Positions 33,501 to 48,500 of a DNA stretch of 64,000 nt are shown here, in pieces. The translations under genes were made by a program, and so were the position numbers. The first letter of the stretch is position 1; every line of letters starts with the position of its first letter. The notes under the pieces are model-generated. The model saw only the letters and a list, made by a program, of their open reading frames with translations. It made no database searches and had not been told where the DNA came from. The stretch comes from Lingula anatina (Eukaryota; Animalia; Brachiopoda): contig CM120649.1 of NCBI GenBank assembly GCA_051362555.1, forward strand, positions 8,432,001 through 8,496,000, given 5' to 3'.

Positions 33501-36500
33501 TATCTGAGCTTAAACCAGTTGCCATGAACAATGACGAGAAAGTGACCATCAAGACAGACCTGAAGCTGGCGTGTGTGGGAAAACCTGTAAGTCTGCTTGC
33601 AGATAGCACTGGGAAAAGAAAACATGAACAAATCAAATAATTTACTTGTGATTCTTAAGTACTTTTAACTTAAAGAAGAAAATATTCCCTAGGAACAATT
33701 CAAGAATATGTGGTCATTAGAGAAGCTGTTGTAAATGCACGAAAAAGAAAACTATTGGTAAGTCTTGACAGACCACTCTAGATTTAAGTAATTGTAACCA
33801 CCACCTCAGTAAATTATTTGCCTTCAACCTATAAATACATATCTCCTCTTGTTTTAGACCAAGTATAAGCTGGAGATTCTGTCAGATGATGTGAACTTCA
33901 GTGACGTGACCACAGAGGTGCAGGGTCCCAGTGGTAAACTCCCCACAGAGGTCACTTGGAATGGCATGGTTGGGGAGGGGACATTTACACCCTCAGAGAT
34001 AGGACAACACAGTGTAAGTACAAGTTACCTAGACTAGTGGGGTGGGGGAGGGGCATTTACATCAAAGTTTGTTGGTCCAGTAGTTCACTCTTTTGTTCTG
34101 TAGTTCCTAAAAGATACAATTTTAAAATAATATTTGTTTCACCTTTCAATAGATCTAATAAGCCCTGTATAAGGATTATTGTGTTGATTATTGTAGATAT
34201 TCTAAGGTAACATTACACTTGTGATTGTACTATGACAGTTGTTCTATGTTTCATTCGTGTGGCGGCCTGTCAGGCCACAGTGACATATACTGGCCTGGGC
34301 TGACAACAACATGTAAAAGCTTTACTTTACTTTACTTGATAATAAGCTAAATTCTATGCAAACCTTAAATTTACAGATGTTGGTGACATGCAAGGGTGAG
34401 AACATCAAGGATTGTCCACTGACATTCAAGGTGTTTGCCAACAGAAATTCTATCACAGTGCCAGAGATAGGACCCTGTAAGCTGGGCAGTCCTAACACTA
34501 TCACGGTAATGTATTTGTGGCTCACAGTAGGATGTTACCTTGTGATTTTTTTTAAATATAAATCTTAGACTAGTTATTCAGAAATATATAATTACATAAG
34601 TAAAAAACAGTAAGAATAAAACCAGGAACTTGCCATCTTTGGAAATTAATAATTTTTGAAAACAGAATGAATTATCATCATTCTTATTCTATCATAATTA
34701 ATTTTATGATGTAAGAAGTTTGGGTTTGTTACCAGTAGTAATGTATTTTATTTACCCATATTACTTCTTGTGTGTACCTAACTTCTTGTGTGTACCTTTG
34801 GTTGTTAAGTAAAGCTAAGTCTCTAGTTCTGTGTTACAGATTGACAGTAGGAAGGCAGGCCAGGTGGAGCTGAAGGTGGAAGCCAGAGCTCCCAGTGGAC
34901 GTATTATGCACCTCTCCACCAAGGAGACAAATGGAGTACACGTGGCAGAGTTTATCCCTAATGAAATTGGTGAGCTTAATATACTTCTCCATTTGTTAAA
35001 CAACAATACTTGATTATCAGTTAGATTGTTCATGGTTCCAAGGAGTTGTATTTACTGATGTTTTAGTGATCGTAATCACTTATGTTGGACTAAAAATAAT
35101 AATGAAACATCTAGGTTTTGCTGTTTTATCACAAGAGCATCATCAGGCTCAGTACCCATGAAAAATAGCAGCTGGTGTTTCACCAAATATTTTTGTTTCA
35201 AAGTGATTACAAAATAGCTAAAACATTAGTAATAAAAAAAACAATTAGTCTTGATTAGGATACATAATAAACTTATAAGAGGCAATACTATGACGATAGT
35301 AAGTCAGCAAATATATATATATAGCTGGAAATGTTTGAAAAGTCTGCCATCTAATGATTTGTCTGAACAGATTAAAATGTTATATTTAGGAACTATTATA
35401 GTCCTGAGTACACATTCTCTTTATAAATGTATTATTATTACTTAGTTAGTTGTGAATAGAAAAGTTAATACTGTTTTAAATGGTATATAATAACTAGTAG
35501 TAAGAAAATGAAAGAGAAGTGATTTGCATTAAAATAAACACGATTTAACAAAATTTGCTATAATTGTATAAACAGCTAGGTGGGGTAAGTACAGGGCTTT
35601 ACAAAACATGGTTTATGTTTGCTTTCTTAATTTTATTATTTCACTCATGACATAATATTATACCAGTGTCTTATTGACCAAATTCTGTTGACATATTACA
35701 GATTAATATACTGTTGGAATTTTGTTTTGCAATTCAGTCATTGCAAAAAGAATACATTTAAATTTGTGCAATAGCTGCACTCTATGACTTTATATTAGAA
35801 TCCGCATCATGTTGGTGAGAGTCCATTTGCAGCATGATCACACTGGCAAATGTTTTGAATTCTAGTTCACTGGTTATGCACAGGCTTATATCTTTTGTGA
35901 AATTTTTTTCCACATGGACATTTTGATGCACAATTTTAGTAGAGATTCCAATTTAAAAATGTGTTCTGCAAGAGCATGTTTTTTGTGTATTGTCCAAGGA
36001 TGGGGGTTAGGGGGCTGCACCATTTTAGGTACAGTATATTTTCAGTCTAGCTGATAGTTCAATATAACATTAACGCAAGGAAATCCTAGTTTAAATCAAA
36101 CAATGGTCTTTGGTAGAAAATCTTTTTAGCAGCATAATTTTTTCCCAGAAAGTGAGAGATTTTTATGTTTTTTTCCCAAGTTTGTTCATCATGGAGGTGG
36201 TACAATATTGATAAAGCCTAGAATACACAACACAGCTATTATATTGTATCATATTACTCTGGTCATGGTGTATCATGGTTGTGCTTCCAGGTGACTGGCA
36301 GATTTCTGTAATGTACGACGGAGACCATGTCAGCGGCAGTCCTAAAACGATTAAGGTATACGACACCAGTAATGTCAAGATCTATGGTCTGGAGGCAGGA
36401 CAAGTAGGAGAACCCATGCACTTCACTGGTGAGTTACCCTTGCTTTTCTCAGTGGCGGGTCATGTAATCTTGTCTATATACAACCCCATGGTTGCTTGGC

Positions 36501-39500
36501 AACTTTCAGACTGATGTGTGCCAGGTGATTCATTTTCAAATTTCCACAAAAGGAAGTTTTCAAATACTCTGGTACATGAGGAACCTTCATGAAGCATAGA
36601 GTAGATCACCATAAAATAAGCACTGATACCTACTTGTTTTATTTGAACATTATGTATACCTGTTCAACCCCCTGTTTGATTTTATATTTTTTTGCATGGA
36701 ATGATCATTTTTAAAATATTCTGTTAATACTAAGATACATTAGTGCTGCATACTGGCTGTCATTGTTGTGGGTTAATGTCAGCCTGTTCTTCTGTTGCTG
36801 TTATTATAGCAAGTAACACTTTCCAGTCAAAAATCATCAATGTTGCCAGTTGTCTTCCAGCTGACTGCACTGACGCTGGCACAGGAACCTACCGCTGTGA
36901 GATATATCACAACAACAAACTAGTGCCGGTGACATTAAGTGAGGAGCGCAATAAGGTTCACAAGGTTCACTTTACACCAGAGGGAGCTGGCCTCTACAAG
37001 ATAAGCTGCTACTTCAATGAAAACGAAGTGAAAGGTAGGTAATTGATTTGCACTCTATGAGTATCTTTGCAGTTGTATTCAAGTAATTTCAGTTTTTCTG
37101 AATGAAAGGCAATGTAAAAGTTTTAAAATCATAAATATGACTTGAGTATGATATTAAAGTAATGGCTAATTTGCTTCATTTCTTACAAGTAGGAATTTGT
37201 GTAAAGCATTGTAAAATGAAAACAAAGTAAAACTAGGCATAACATTCACAAATATCCAAGATAAGGTAAATTTAAAGGGAACACCAGGCACAGTGTAAAA
37301 ATCTGAAATTTTTCACTTGAAAATTCATACTGTTGATAAAATACAAATATTATAAGAGGCAAGAACGGCATTTTCAGCTTGGACTTTTCTCTCAAACCAC
37401 GGCGGTGGTACATAAAAATTTTAATCAAATACTAGAAAATAAACATTTCTTAGAAATCATCCCTAATATTAATTTAAAAACTCCTAACTTGATGTTTTAG
37501 AAATCATTCCTAAAATTAATTTAAAAACTCATAACTTGTTTATAAAACAGAATAGACAAAGATGCAGGAAGAAAGCCTAATTTTATTAAAAGCTTTGTCA
37601 GCAGTAAAGCATAGTTTTCTGATATTGTCCTAGTAGTGGAATGCAGAATGCACTGAAATAAAATCACACCTATATTAGGAAAGGTGTTAAATTTCTACTA
37701 GATATGCATCCCTAGGCTTAGTTCTGAGCTCCGGTGTACTTGTGCATAAAAATATAAAATCAATTGCAAATTTTATTTATTCAATATTTCAGCTGTGTTC
37801 TACTGTTAATGAAGTTAAAAAAAACATTTCTACAAATGAAAGGATTTTTTGACAACTTATTCTCTGTCTTTACAAATATAAATATGGTGTTAAAAATGCA
37901 TAGCACTAAAGCATTTTTTTTTTAAATTTAACTTTTATTTGATATTTTATTTGTTAAATTATTCCTTAGCATTGAATGTTTTATAGTGAGATGAATAACC
38001 CCAGGACATATAGTATAAACATAATATATGTGGCCATGGTACATCCCACCCAGCCTGTCCCCTAGCACTGATCTGACCCAGTAACTGTAGGGTTATTAAC
38101 CTAGACCTTATTACCACAAATATACATATCAAAATAATCTTGCCCTTTTTCGAAAAAATATAAGTATAACAGGTGGATTAGGAGTTACGTTGAAGTGCGT
38201 TGTTGAGTTTTAACCCTACCATTTGATGCTGCACTCCTATGCTGTGTTTTGATGTGTGGCAGAAATCCTTTTAAGTCGTAGGAACAATGGAAGGCAGATT
38301 GGAAACATGTCAACATGTATTTTTGGACAAATGTAGCAAATTTTAAATAACAAATTGAAGCTTTTCTTTAATTGAAACCTCTGCCTGTGAACTTTTTATG
38401 AATGATACAAGTACTGTTACTTACAGTAACTCCTATTACATCAGAGTTTTTTTTTTTTTTTTTTTTTTTTTTGTATTGTATTATATTAATGGAAATGGGC
38501 AAGTGTTATTCCTGGTGACTTCTACTTGAAGTAGTCAGACTTTATTATATTAATATATTAATCCCAGATCCCCTTGACTAAAATATAATCTATTTCTTGG
38601 AAAACAATATAAGTATTCATTTCTTATATCATAACTTATGTTATACCTTGTAATTTATTTCTATGTACTGTACAAGTGTGTAATACAACTATTTTGTCTC
38701 TGCCAGGTTCTCCATATATTCTAGAAGTACTTAAATGGAGCTGTTAACTAGCAAGATCAAACTGTTCATTTTGTGACTGAAGCAGTTTTACACAAGAGCT
38801 CATTGGAGATTTATGCAATGATTTGTTATATGCTGTAGAGGCAGTTAGAATGTCCAGACTGCTCCCCCCTCTACAGTCTGAACAGTATAAAAAGAATGAG
38901 ACATTTTCTTATGTAATGAAAAATGAAAAAAAAACACTTTTATGGCTTGATTAGGAATTATATGGATTATTTGCAGTTAGCTCTTTGCTTGCATTTCTTT
39001 TATTTTTTTTTATATTATGTTTATACACAAGTATATTGTGTTGTATTTTTAAATACAGTAACACTAGACATGCCCATTGCATGAGTAGAAGCTTTTAAAT
39101 TATTGATTTGAATGTAAAGCTACTTCGTTTCTACCCTTATTGTTCATAATAATATATAGTTTAATTTTAATAATAAAAATTATGTAATCAGACATTTGTT
39201 GATTAGAAAACTTTTATTAACTGTGGTTTAGGTCTATTTACAATTTTACTGACCTTGTTCATATATAGTTAATTTTTAAATATTGTTAACAGATGCTTGT
39301 TATTTTATAACTAAAAGGAAATTTTTATTAACTATATGGTTAGGGCTTTTACAGTTTTTACTCACTTTGTTAGCATTTATTGCTTGTATCTCAGTGTGTT
39401 CATAGATGGGCAACAATTAAATATATATTTTGATAGTCATTGTAAGAAGTTTACTAATATAAAGACTAACATATTATCATAATACTAAATGGTTTGTCAA

Positions 39501-42500
39501 ATATAGAGAGGTATCATGTATATTAATAGTTCAGATATTTTAATATAATACTAGATCTAATAATTAAACCTTCCTGTCATATGATGTCCCAATAAGGTGA
39601 ACAATAAATCTGTGATATCACATGCAGGATCATTTAGCTGTTTTGTATAGATTACTGGACCAAACCCCTTCTGATAGTTATATAAAAACTTTAATTTCAT
39701 AATTTTTAACTGATGTGATTTTAAAGCCTCTGAAATAACACGTTTCTGCCCTTGAAAATCACTTCATAATAGGATCAATTTCTAAGTATTAAAAATTCTT
39801 TCAAATTTTCGAAGTAGCTAGTGAAGAATTATATTTTTATCCAACTACTAATCCCAAGATGTTATCAGAAAGAGCTACAAAAGGGATTTTTATCAATCTT
39901 TTGCATATCATGCAGATTCTAATTGAAGAGAAGACAGAGCAGGAGAGACATTGCAGAAACATTTTGGATTGAAGATTTGTGCTACCATGGAAATGCATAT
40001 GATGCTCGGGGCGGATCCGGAGATATTTTCTGACAGTCTTCCAAATTATCTTTGTTGATCCATCCTCCATTTTTGACCGTCTTCTGGCAGGCAAAATTAG
40101 ATACCCATCAATGTAAACTTGAAAATCTGATTGTCTTTCGGCAGGCCCAGAAGACGGCCTCAATCCGCCCCTGATGCTCATATTATGCATTGCATTCATC
40201 TTCAAAATTCATGGAACTTGTATTATATTTAATATTAAAACAATACATATGCATGCACTGATTAATAAATAATAATGTGCATTTCAATCATCAGAGGTTT
40301 TAGGAGATATATATGATAGTTCAGATTGTCATCACTGTACAATTGAGGTAAAATAATAGCAGGTTTCCTTTGAAAAAACTATGGGTCTCTTGGTATTGTG
40401 TGGACTCTCTTCAGTTTCTTCGTTACTGTATCTGGGTCTATTTTTTCCTGTTCAGTTTTGATATTTACTTCTAGAGTTGAACATCCAATGAGCTCTTGTG
40501 CTGGTCCCAGTCTTCTGTCACAAAATGAATGAAATATTATCTGATACCAGTTCTTGCTTTCAATTGCTAATATTGATATATAACCATGCATACTAACTGG
40601 AACTTCATTTAACTACTTTAACATTAATTTGAATTTGCAGATATCAAACAGCCTCTCTACTAAAACTCTACTTATATGTTCAGATCAGTATGTAGTAGCC
40701 AGTATCCTCAGTTCATCTCTTGTTTAGAGTCTGCTCTTGTACAGTGTATATATTCATTATGTTGACCGTCATTCACAAAAATTATGCTGCTTGTACTAAT
40801 ACGTAACTTCCCTAATTCAAACCTTAAGCATCAAAGTGTGTCAGTTTATTTTGGCCATGTTTGTGATTGTGTAACAACAGTGTGATGTAACTACATTAAC
40901 ATGATGGATACAGAGGAACAGGAGCAGACCTAGGGTGCATTCCCAGAGATTTTAGATCGATCTATCCCTGTGGGGAGTCTCACTAGATTACTGTCAGATA
41001 ATCCGGCTTAAATGTCCGTCCCGCCTACTGCAAGTTTTAAGGGGGTAATTAACTTTCGTGCCCGCTCGGCTGACAGCTATTTAGCGCGAACCCCCAGGGA
41101 GTTAGGTCGATCTAGTTTGGATCGATCTAATCTCTGGGAATGGGGTCCTAGTGACTGTGTTAAGAAGACCAATTCTCCTCAAATTTTAGATTGTGTCTTC
41201 TCCCTCTTGACTAGTATAATACCATAGTAGAGTATAGTTACTGCAGTAGTAGTAGTGGTGCTAGTAGAAGCAGCAGTAGTTGCAGTAAAAAAAATGCCCC
41301 CCCCCCTTTCCGTCTCCCTCTCTGTATCTGTGTCCCTGTCCACTGTAGGTTCTCCATACACGCTAGAGATAGTGGACACCAATGCTGTGATGACCACAGG
41401 GGACGGACTGAAGACGGCAGCAGTCAATCACACGGCTAAGTTCACAGTGACCACCCATGCTGCGGGTGGTGGCGAGCCCACAGTGACCATTACAGGTAGG
41501 TATGAGGTCTGTGTGTGTGTGGGGACCTTCAGGTGGGTATGATGGTGTCCAGGGACTGGACGGGATGGACACTGGTGTCCAGGAGCTGGGCACTCAGTGG
41601 TCCAGACAGAAAACATAGCATTCTGCAGGACCCTGGTTTTGGTACATATAAGTTAGGACCCAAAATATCTTACACTGTATATGCTAGATATAAGTGACTG
41701 TCGTGATTTCAATTTCTTGTTCATACAGAATTCAAAGAACAGTACCATGTTTGAAAACTTTTGTATTTTAATCTTTTTTATATTTTGGGCTTTCTGATTT
41801 GATGAAAAGTCTGTTATGCTGTACCAGCATTGTGTATTCTGCAGAGATGAGACTTGGCAGACGAAAATGGCAGTAATAATGTTTCCCCATTCAAGAGTGC
41901 CTCCTCACCTTCAGTCTCAATTATTTTTGTCATTATAAAGCTAATATATTATATCTTACATATGCGCTAATCTTCCTGTAGAAGTGTTTTCTGTCTGTTA
42001 AGCTATTGGTCACAGCAGTGTCTATCCCTGACCAGCTGAACCCCTGGTGAAATCCCCCTGCTTTGTGAACTGATAATACTCATACTAACCACTAACTTCA
42101 TGTTCTAACTGGAAAAGAAGAATTTATGCACTGATATTTATTGGAAATCTGTTTCTCTTCTGTCAAATCTGGTGTACAAGAAAAATGTTCAAGCTATAAT
42201 GAAGCAGAAACTTTTTGAAATGGCCTTGATAAAAAATATTCAGGTGCTATTATCAGGCATAAAATAAACGCTTCTTAATATTCAAGACCTGAAGGTTGTC
42301 GCTGATGGACTGGGTAAAGGTGCAGGTTCTTCTTTTGCTGTTTGTTGGAGGTTAGGGACATTTTCTCTCTGTACCAATGATTGAGGACAAAGCATGGCAT
42401 TCAATATTTTGATTTTATGAATAGCACAGAGTGCATTTTATTTCCCATTCTATTTTGTAGTTTTTGAAAATAAAAGTCGGACTAACACTTTCAGTTTTCT

Positions 42501-45500
42501 CCAAGACTTTTAAAGGGTGGAAAGGTTTAACTTAAAGACTCCTCTTATCTCCTTCCACTCCACTCCCAATACACCCAATGGTTCATACCTCATTTACCTC
42601 TGACTTCACTTCATATTCTGAAGTATGATGAGAAGGTTGGTCTTTATTCATGGTGTATGTGTATTTGAGATTCCCTACCCCTTACGAACCCCACTTCATG
42701 AAGCACCAGTGCACTGCTGAGAAAGAGGTGTATGACTGAGCTGTGTGAACATACGGTGGAGTGCCTGTCCCCAGGGAGTGGAATGTCCATCCCCAGGGGT
42801 GATATATCTGTTGAGTTGAATGTCAGCAATGAAAGAGTAAACAACAGATCACATTTAGTCCCATATAAATGCATGCAGTTCACAGGAGAACAACTTAGTT
42901 GCTGGTAATAGTTTCATTGTTACACAGAAATTATGTGAAAAGGGTGTGGAAACCTAAAAAAGAGACAGTGTAATATGTGTGTATATTACACATATTTACT
43001 GCTAACAACAATATAGTAGGAAATATACCCCTGTATATATATGACCTAGTTTTCCCCCACCCCCCACCCCCACCCCTCATGCTTTCATCACCATTGCTGC
43101 AAGTGTCCAGGCGCCACCGCAATATCACACTGCATGATGCTGGGCGATTCACGGCAGCCTCAGTGCGACAAACCCTATGTAACACCTCTCCCTACACGCA
43201 AACATGCATGTTGCAGCGCTTTCAGGTAAGTGGATTCATTTAATTTCTTTTGTTTTTATGCTGCTAGAAAACTTCATATTAATTTTTCTAGAAACAGGGA
43301 AAAATTCAGATACTATTTTAATTTTGTGTACACATTTAAGTTGCTATAGTTTGCATTTGTATTAGTTATTGAGGTTTTTGTTTAAATTCTTATGTTGTTG
43401 CTGAGGGCATTTGAGTAATTTGTTTACTGGGAGGGGAACAAGGGTTTACTAGTTTTAAAAAATAAATGACCTGTGCTATTTATATTTATAATAACTGTGT
43501 AAAGCTTTATGACAGCATTTAGCTAAGTATATTAATTAATAAGCACTTGGTATAAAAATTTAAGTAGAGTTGATGAAAAACTATTACAACTATTATACCT
43601 GCTCATTATAAAATTTAGCACGCCATATATAGGTATCCAGAGGATAAAGTACCCAGAAAAATGTAATCAAAATTTTAAAGCAGACATTTGAAATGCAGTG
43701 ATTTGACCATTTGCCCACCATTGAAACTGCCCTGTTTGCTTTCATTACACTGTACTACTGGGTCTTCTGTTGGTGAAGTCTTTTGTTTTCTAAGAGACCC
43801 TATCTTCAAACATTGAATCACCTTCGATTATAGAAACTGAATAATAAATCTTTAATCCTTTAAGGGACAGACTAATTGGTAGTTCTAACCAGTAACTTGC
43901 ACATTGGCTAGATATTGCAGGGTTTCCACAATGTCTGCACTGCCAAGTGCTTGATTTTGTGATCATGGTGGTCCAAGGGTTCATTGGTCCATAAGACAGT
44001 AGAGATTATAATACCAGTTTATTTCAGTGGTATCCTATTTTGTTTTCAATGATGGATTTCAAGTTTTTCGGTATTACTTGATTTTTAAAATCCAGACCAT
44101 AATATGATTATGATAGTTTTGTTCTGGCTGAAGGAATGTTGTATTTTAATATAATTGTAATATCAGTATAAGTTACATTTATTGTCTGTTGTACCAATGA
44201 CCCTTTGGTCTCTTTTTTTTTTTTTTACTCAAGCCTTTTAAAACTGTCTGCAGCTATAGATGTTTTTCTTATCTGAAGGCGTATAAAACTTAGTCCTCAT
44301 AATAATCCCCGTCTAGGTAGTATTCAAATTGATGAAGAGTAGTAACTTACTGGTAGATATGTAGCTACATTACATTTTAATGAGGATTTATCAAAACCTT
44401 TTTATGAGAAATGATAACATTTGGGTTAAAATTCCAATATTTGTCTTTGAATATTGAATATTTTGGGGGTCAGAAGGCAGTCAAACAGCTTACACACAGA
44501 AATGAACATAATTTACTTTCATTTTACTCAGATAAAAAGATAGTACAAGGTACAAATGGAAAAAAAAGAAATTATAATTTTTCATTAATGCCTTGATATT
44601 GTTCTCCTTTTATTTTCTGTTCAGCGCCAAGTGGGAAGAGAATTTCGACCAAAATTGTGGAGACTGGCAAGAATGTATTCCAGGTGGAATACACACCCAC
44701 AGAAATAGGTAAGTACAGTCTTCTTATAGTAGACGTGTTAAGGACCAAAAATGGGGTAAATGATGCATAAATTTTGTGGTAGAAACATCTTACTTGGCAG
44801 GAATATTCCTTGGAGCAACAGAAAAAAATCCAAAAGAAAAGAAATAATCATTATCGTATGTTCCACAGTAATTTTGTATCACATCTGCCTGTGCTGAGTC
44901 ACACAAAGCTGTGTTGATGCTTGAAGTCTTTATTCTAAGGCTACATTCACAACAGTGGACTTACTAGACTGTGGGTCAAATATATTTGTTGTGTAATCCC
45001 TGCAGGGAACCTATATTCAGTGTCTATTAAACTTTTAAATGGGTCCCCAAATTTGATCTGAAGACTAGTTAGGCTTCATTCACATGCATTGTCTATTTTC
45101 TAAATTCTATTTTCTATTCGCGGTATGTCTTATGATCACGGTCTGTGCCCTGAATATCCTGCGGCGTAATTACTGGCAGCGCGAGCCAGTTACTATAAGT
45201 TACTATAAGGATAAGTGGTCAAGTCTTCCGCTATATCAGAGCAGAACAGTTTAGTGGGTAGTCTGGCCCCAGTAGACAGTGAGAGCTGGGGCCATTACAG
45301 GATTAGCACAGCAGGCCTGGGGTTAATATAATACCATAACAACATAGCAACAGGGACGGTAAGATAGACTTTCTGCGCACCATGTAAAATGTGCCATGGT
45401 TATGACAGTGTTTCACTTCCAAACAGACCAACAAGGATAAATTAACACATATTGAATGCAATTTTATATTTTGATTTATCACAAATTCATATTCCCATTT

Positions 45501-48500
45501 TATTGTAAAAATTTCACATCATCTGTCCCACAACTACATTGGAAGGGCTCGCTATTACTGAATTAAGACAGTGTCATCATACTTAGACATTTTAATAACA
45601 ATGGAGGTCACATATATAACACATTATAATTTGTATAATTTATGTTCCTTATTATTGTGTTTACCCAGTCATTAATTCCTGGTGTCTCCATGGTACATTG
45701 ATAGATTTATAAGGTATCAGAGAGAGGGAACCGTTTCAAGATTTACAGTACTCCATATATCAGTACCTCTATATAGTATACCTGAGGATGAAAAGTACTG
45801 TAGTTGCTTACAAGGAAGAAAGGGGACCTCACTGTATGTCGCACAGTATTCTGAGTAGAATCAAAAATACAGGTATCATGGTAGCAGTGAGTTAGTAACT
45901 AGGGAAGGCAGATATTTTAAAATGAAGATTATAGATGGTAAATATGGAGACTGATGTGGTTCTCTGAGAATCTAGTTGAAAGTGAAACTGGGAATTAGAA
46001 GAGACCACATCCAGTGTTGCTGGCCATGTTGTTGTCGGGATCAGATCTAGAAAACCAACCAAATTAAGTCATCTAGATGTAGAGTGAAAGTCAGTGGTGT
46101 CATAGTTCGCATTGGAACAAATTCAACATGCTGCGACCAATGTTGTTTCGTCGTGTAAAAATAATGGAGTCAGATTCTGAGGAAGCTCCACTACCAGAGT
46201 TTCCTAGAAAAGATGAACCAGTTAAACAGCAGGATGTGGAGAGTGTTCTGAGCCCCTGGGTGGCAGACATCTTTTCTACACCATACTTCTCAACCAATGG
46301 TAAGTTCCGTTACAAAGGGGGAGGGGGGGGGCTTCACTTTGTAATTCAACCAATGGTAATCGCTGCCACTGATAAACACAAAGAGTACAAGGTATGTCTG
46401 TGGAGAAATGTATTCCTGCTGATCACTTCATTTCCCGAAGGGTCCAGTACAATATCTTTTTAACAGACCTTGAAAGAGTACCTCAAGGTCTTAAAGTTAT
46501 GAAAAGTTGATAATGACTTCCTTAGTTTAGACTCTGGCCATCAGGTGGCAGCACCTATGTTTGTTTACTTGGCTGTAAATGGCTTAGTTTCATTTCTTTG
46601 GTTGCTATTTTACCGGGTATATAAAACAGCTTCTAAACAGTGAATATCTTCTCATTCTTGTGTCCTGCGTATTTAGATTAATTTCTTGGCTGCCCACCCC
46701 CTTTAAAAGGTGACATGGCCTATTCCAGTACTTCCTGAAACTAAGTGGACACACCTTATTGTGTTTAACAACAACTTAAAGTGACCTTCATTTTGACTTA
46801 ACACATAGCACACCTGAGTTACTTTGATGTAAGAAGAATGTATAGTATTACTTGTCTCTTTTCTACTTAACTGTTTTAGTTCATAGCCACTCTTGTAGAA
46901 AAGAAAGTATAATGTAATAGTACATTTGAAACAATACCCTAATTCTCTTATTCAATTAAAGGTAATTTCGTCTTTCAGGATTTATAGTTATTGATACTGA
47001 AAGAAAAAAATACTTTCTCATATGAGCTCAGCTCACTCAATGGGTGGGAACCTCCATAAATTCATTTAAAACTTTTTCCATACTTATATATGTTGTAGAA
47101 CAGGGTCCCCAAGCACATGTTAATGGGGGTATGTGTGCTGGCCTGGATTGATCAGGTGTGTCGCCCTGCAGCTTACCTGGCCATTGTTATGGTAATATCT
47201 AGGAATGTACCACTACAATGCACTGTAGCCTTAAGAACTTAGACTGTGATTGTTTGTACACTTCCCACACACAGAAGGCTGGGTAAATAGAGAAAAAAGG
47301 GTGGTTGAAAACTGGTTCTGAGTTTGGTAAAGGATTTAATGCTTTATGAGGACAAGTGAAGGGAATTTGAGCAGCACGCATTGTGATCTGTAAATATTGG
47401 GCACATGGTGGAGTTACAAGAACAGCGGGACACACCAAGGCAGCGGCAGGGATAGAACTCATATACTGTCAATTAAGTGGGAGTGGTGGATACAGAGCCT
47501 GCTTTTGATTGCTGTGCACTGTTCACAGGAATAGAGTAAAATTGTGCTGTCACCTGGACTTCGCTGACATATCTGTGACACTTGGAGTAATATTGTGCTG
47601 TTGCTTACTGGGTTTTGGTAATTGCTGCAGAAAATACTGTGATCTCTCACGTTCCTAATTAGGCTGCTCCCCCCCCCCCCCCCCCCCCAATCAAGAGTCA
47701 ATCAGGTGCCCAGCTGCTAGTACATACACACTGTAGTCAGGTATTGCTCTGTTGACAGGCATACAGTATATGGAGACTGTGCATATATTGCTTTGAAGAA
47801 CTTAAACATCTCTCTGTGAATGGGATTACGATTCAGCACAGGGTCACACTGACCAGCGCTATAATCTGGACCCTGCAAAAAGCAGATCAGGACGCGTAAT
47901 CACAGTGCTTGTGGGCAGTTAGCGTCAGCAGCAGTAGGGGACATTGTAGCTGTCAATGACATTGACCGGGTGACAGGGATGTCAGCATGATCTGTTTGCG
48001 AAGATGACGGTAGCAGTAGTCCTGGTTAATACATTACAGTGATCTCACATATTGTTCCTGAACCAGTTCTTCCTAGAGAACTCTTCCAGCCAACTGTTAC
48101 ATAGATAGGAATATACTCAAATATAATTGACAACTTTATTTTCAAAGATCAGTGGAAATTCAGAGGAAATGGCAGATGTAGATGGTAAGGTTTTATAAAG
48201 CTGAGAACTGTATTGAACTGTATTGTGAGACAGAAAGGATTTTGTGATCAGTGACATATAGTTAAAGGTATTTCATAATCTGATGATATATGCTAGTGAT
48301 GTGATCTACTCATATTACACTGGTTATTGTTTGTCCTGTACTGGAGATATTACTGTGACAACAGTTATCATTCCACTGAAGCCCAAGATGTATTCAAGGC
48401 TAAAACTATGTTCAACATGATACTTTAATTACTGCATCTCATCCTGACGCTGCTTCTATTATTATATACGTAATACAAATACCAGCATACAGTTACACAG

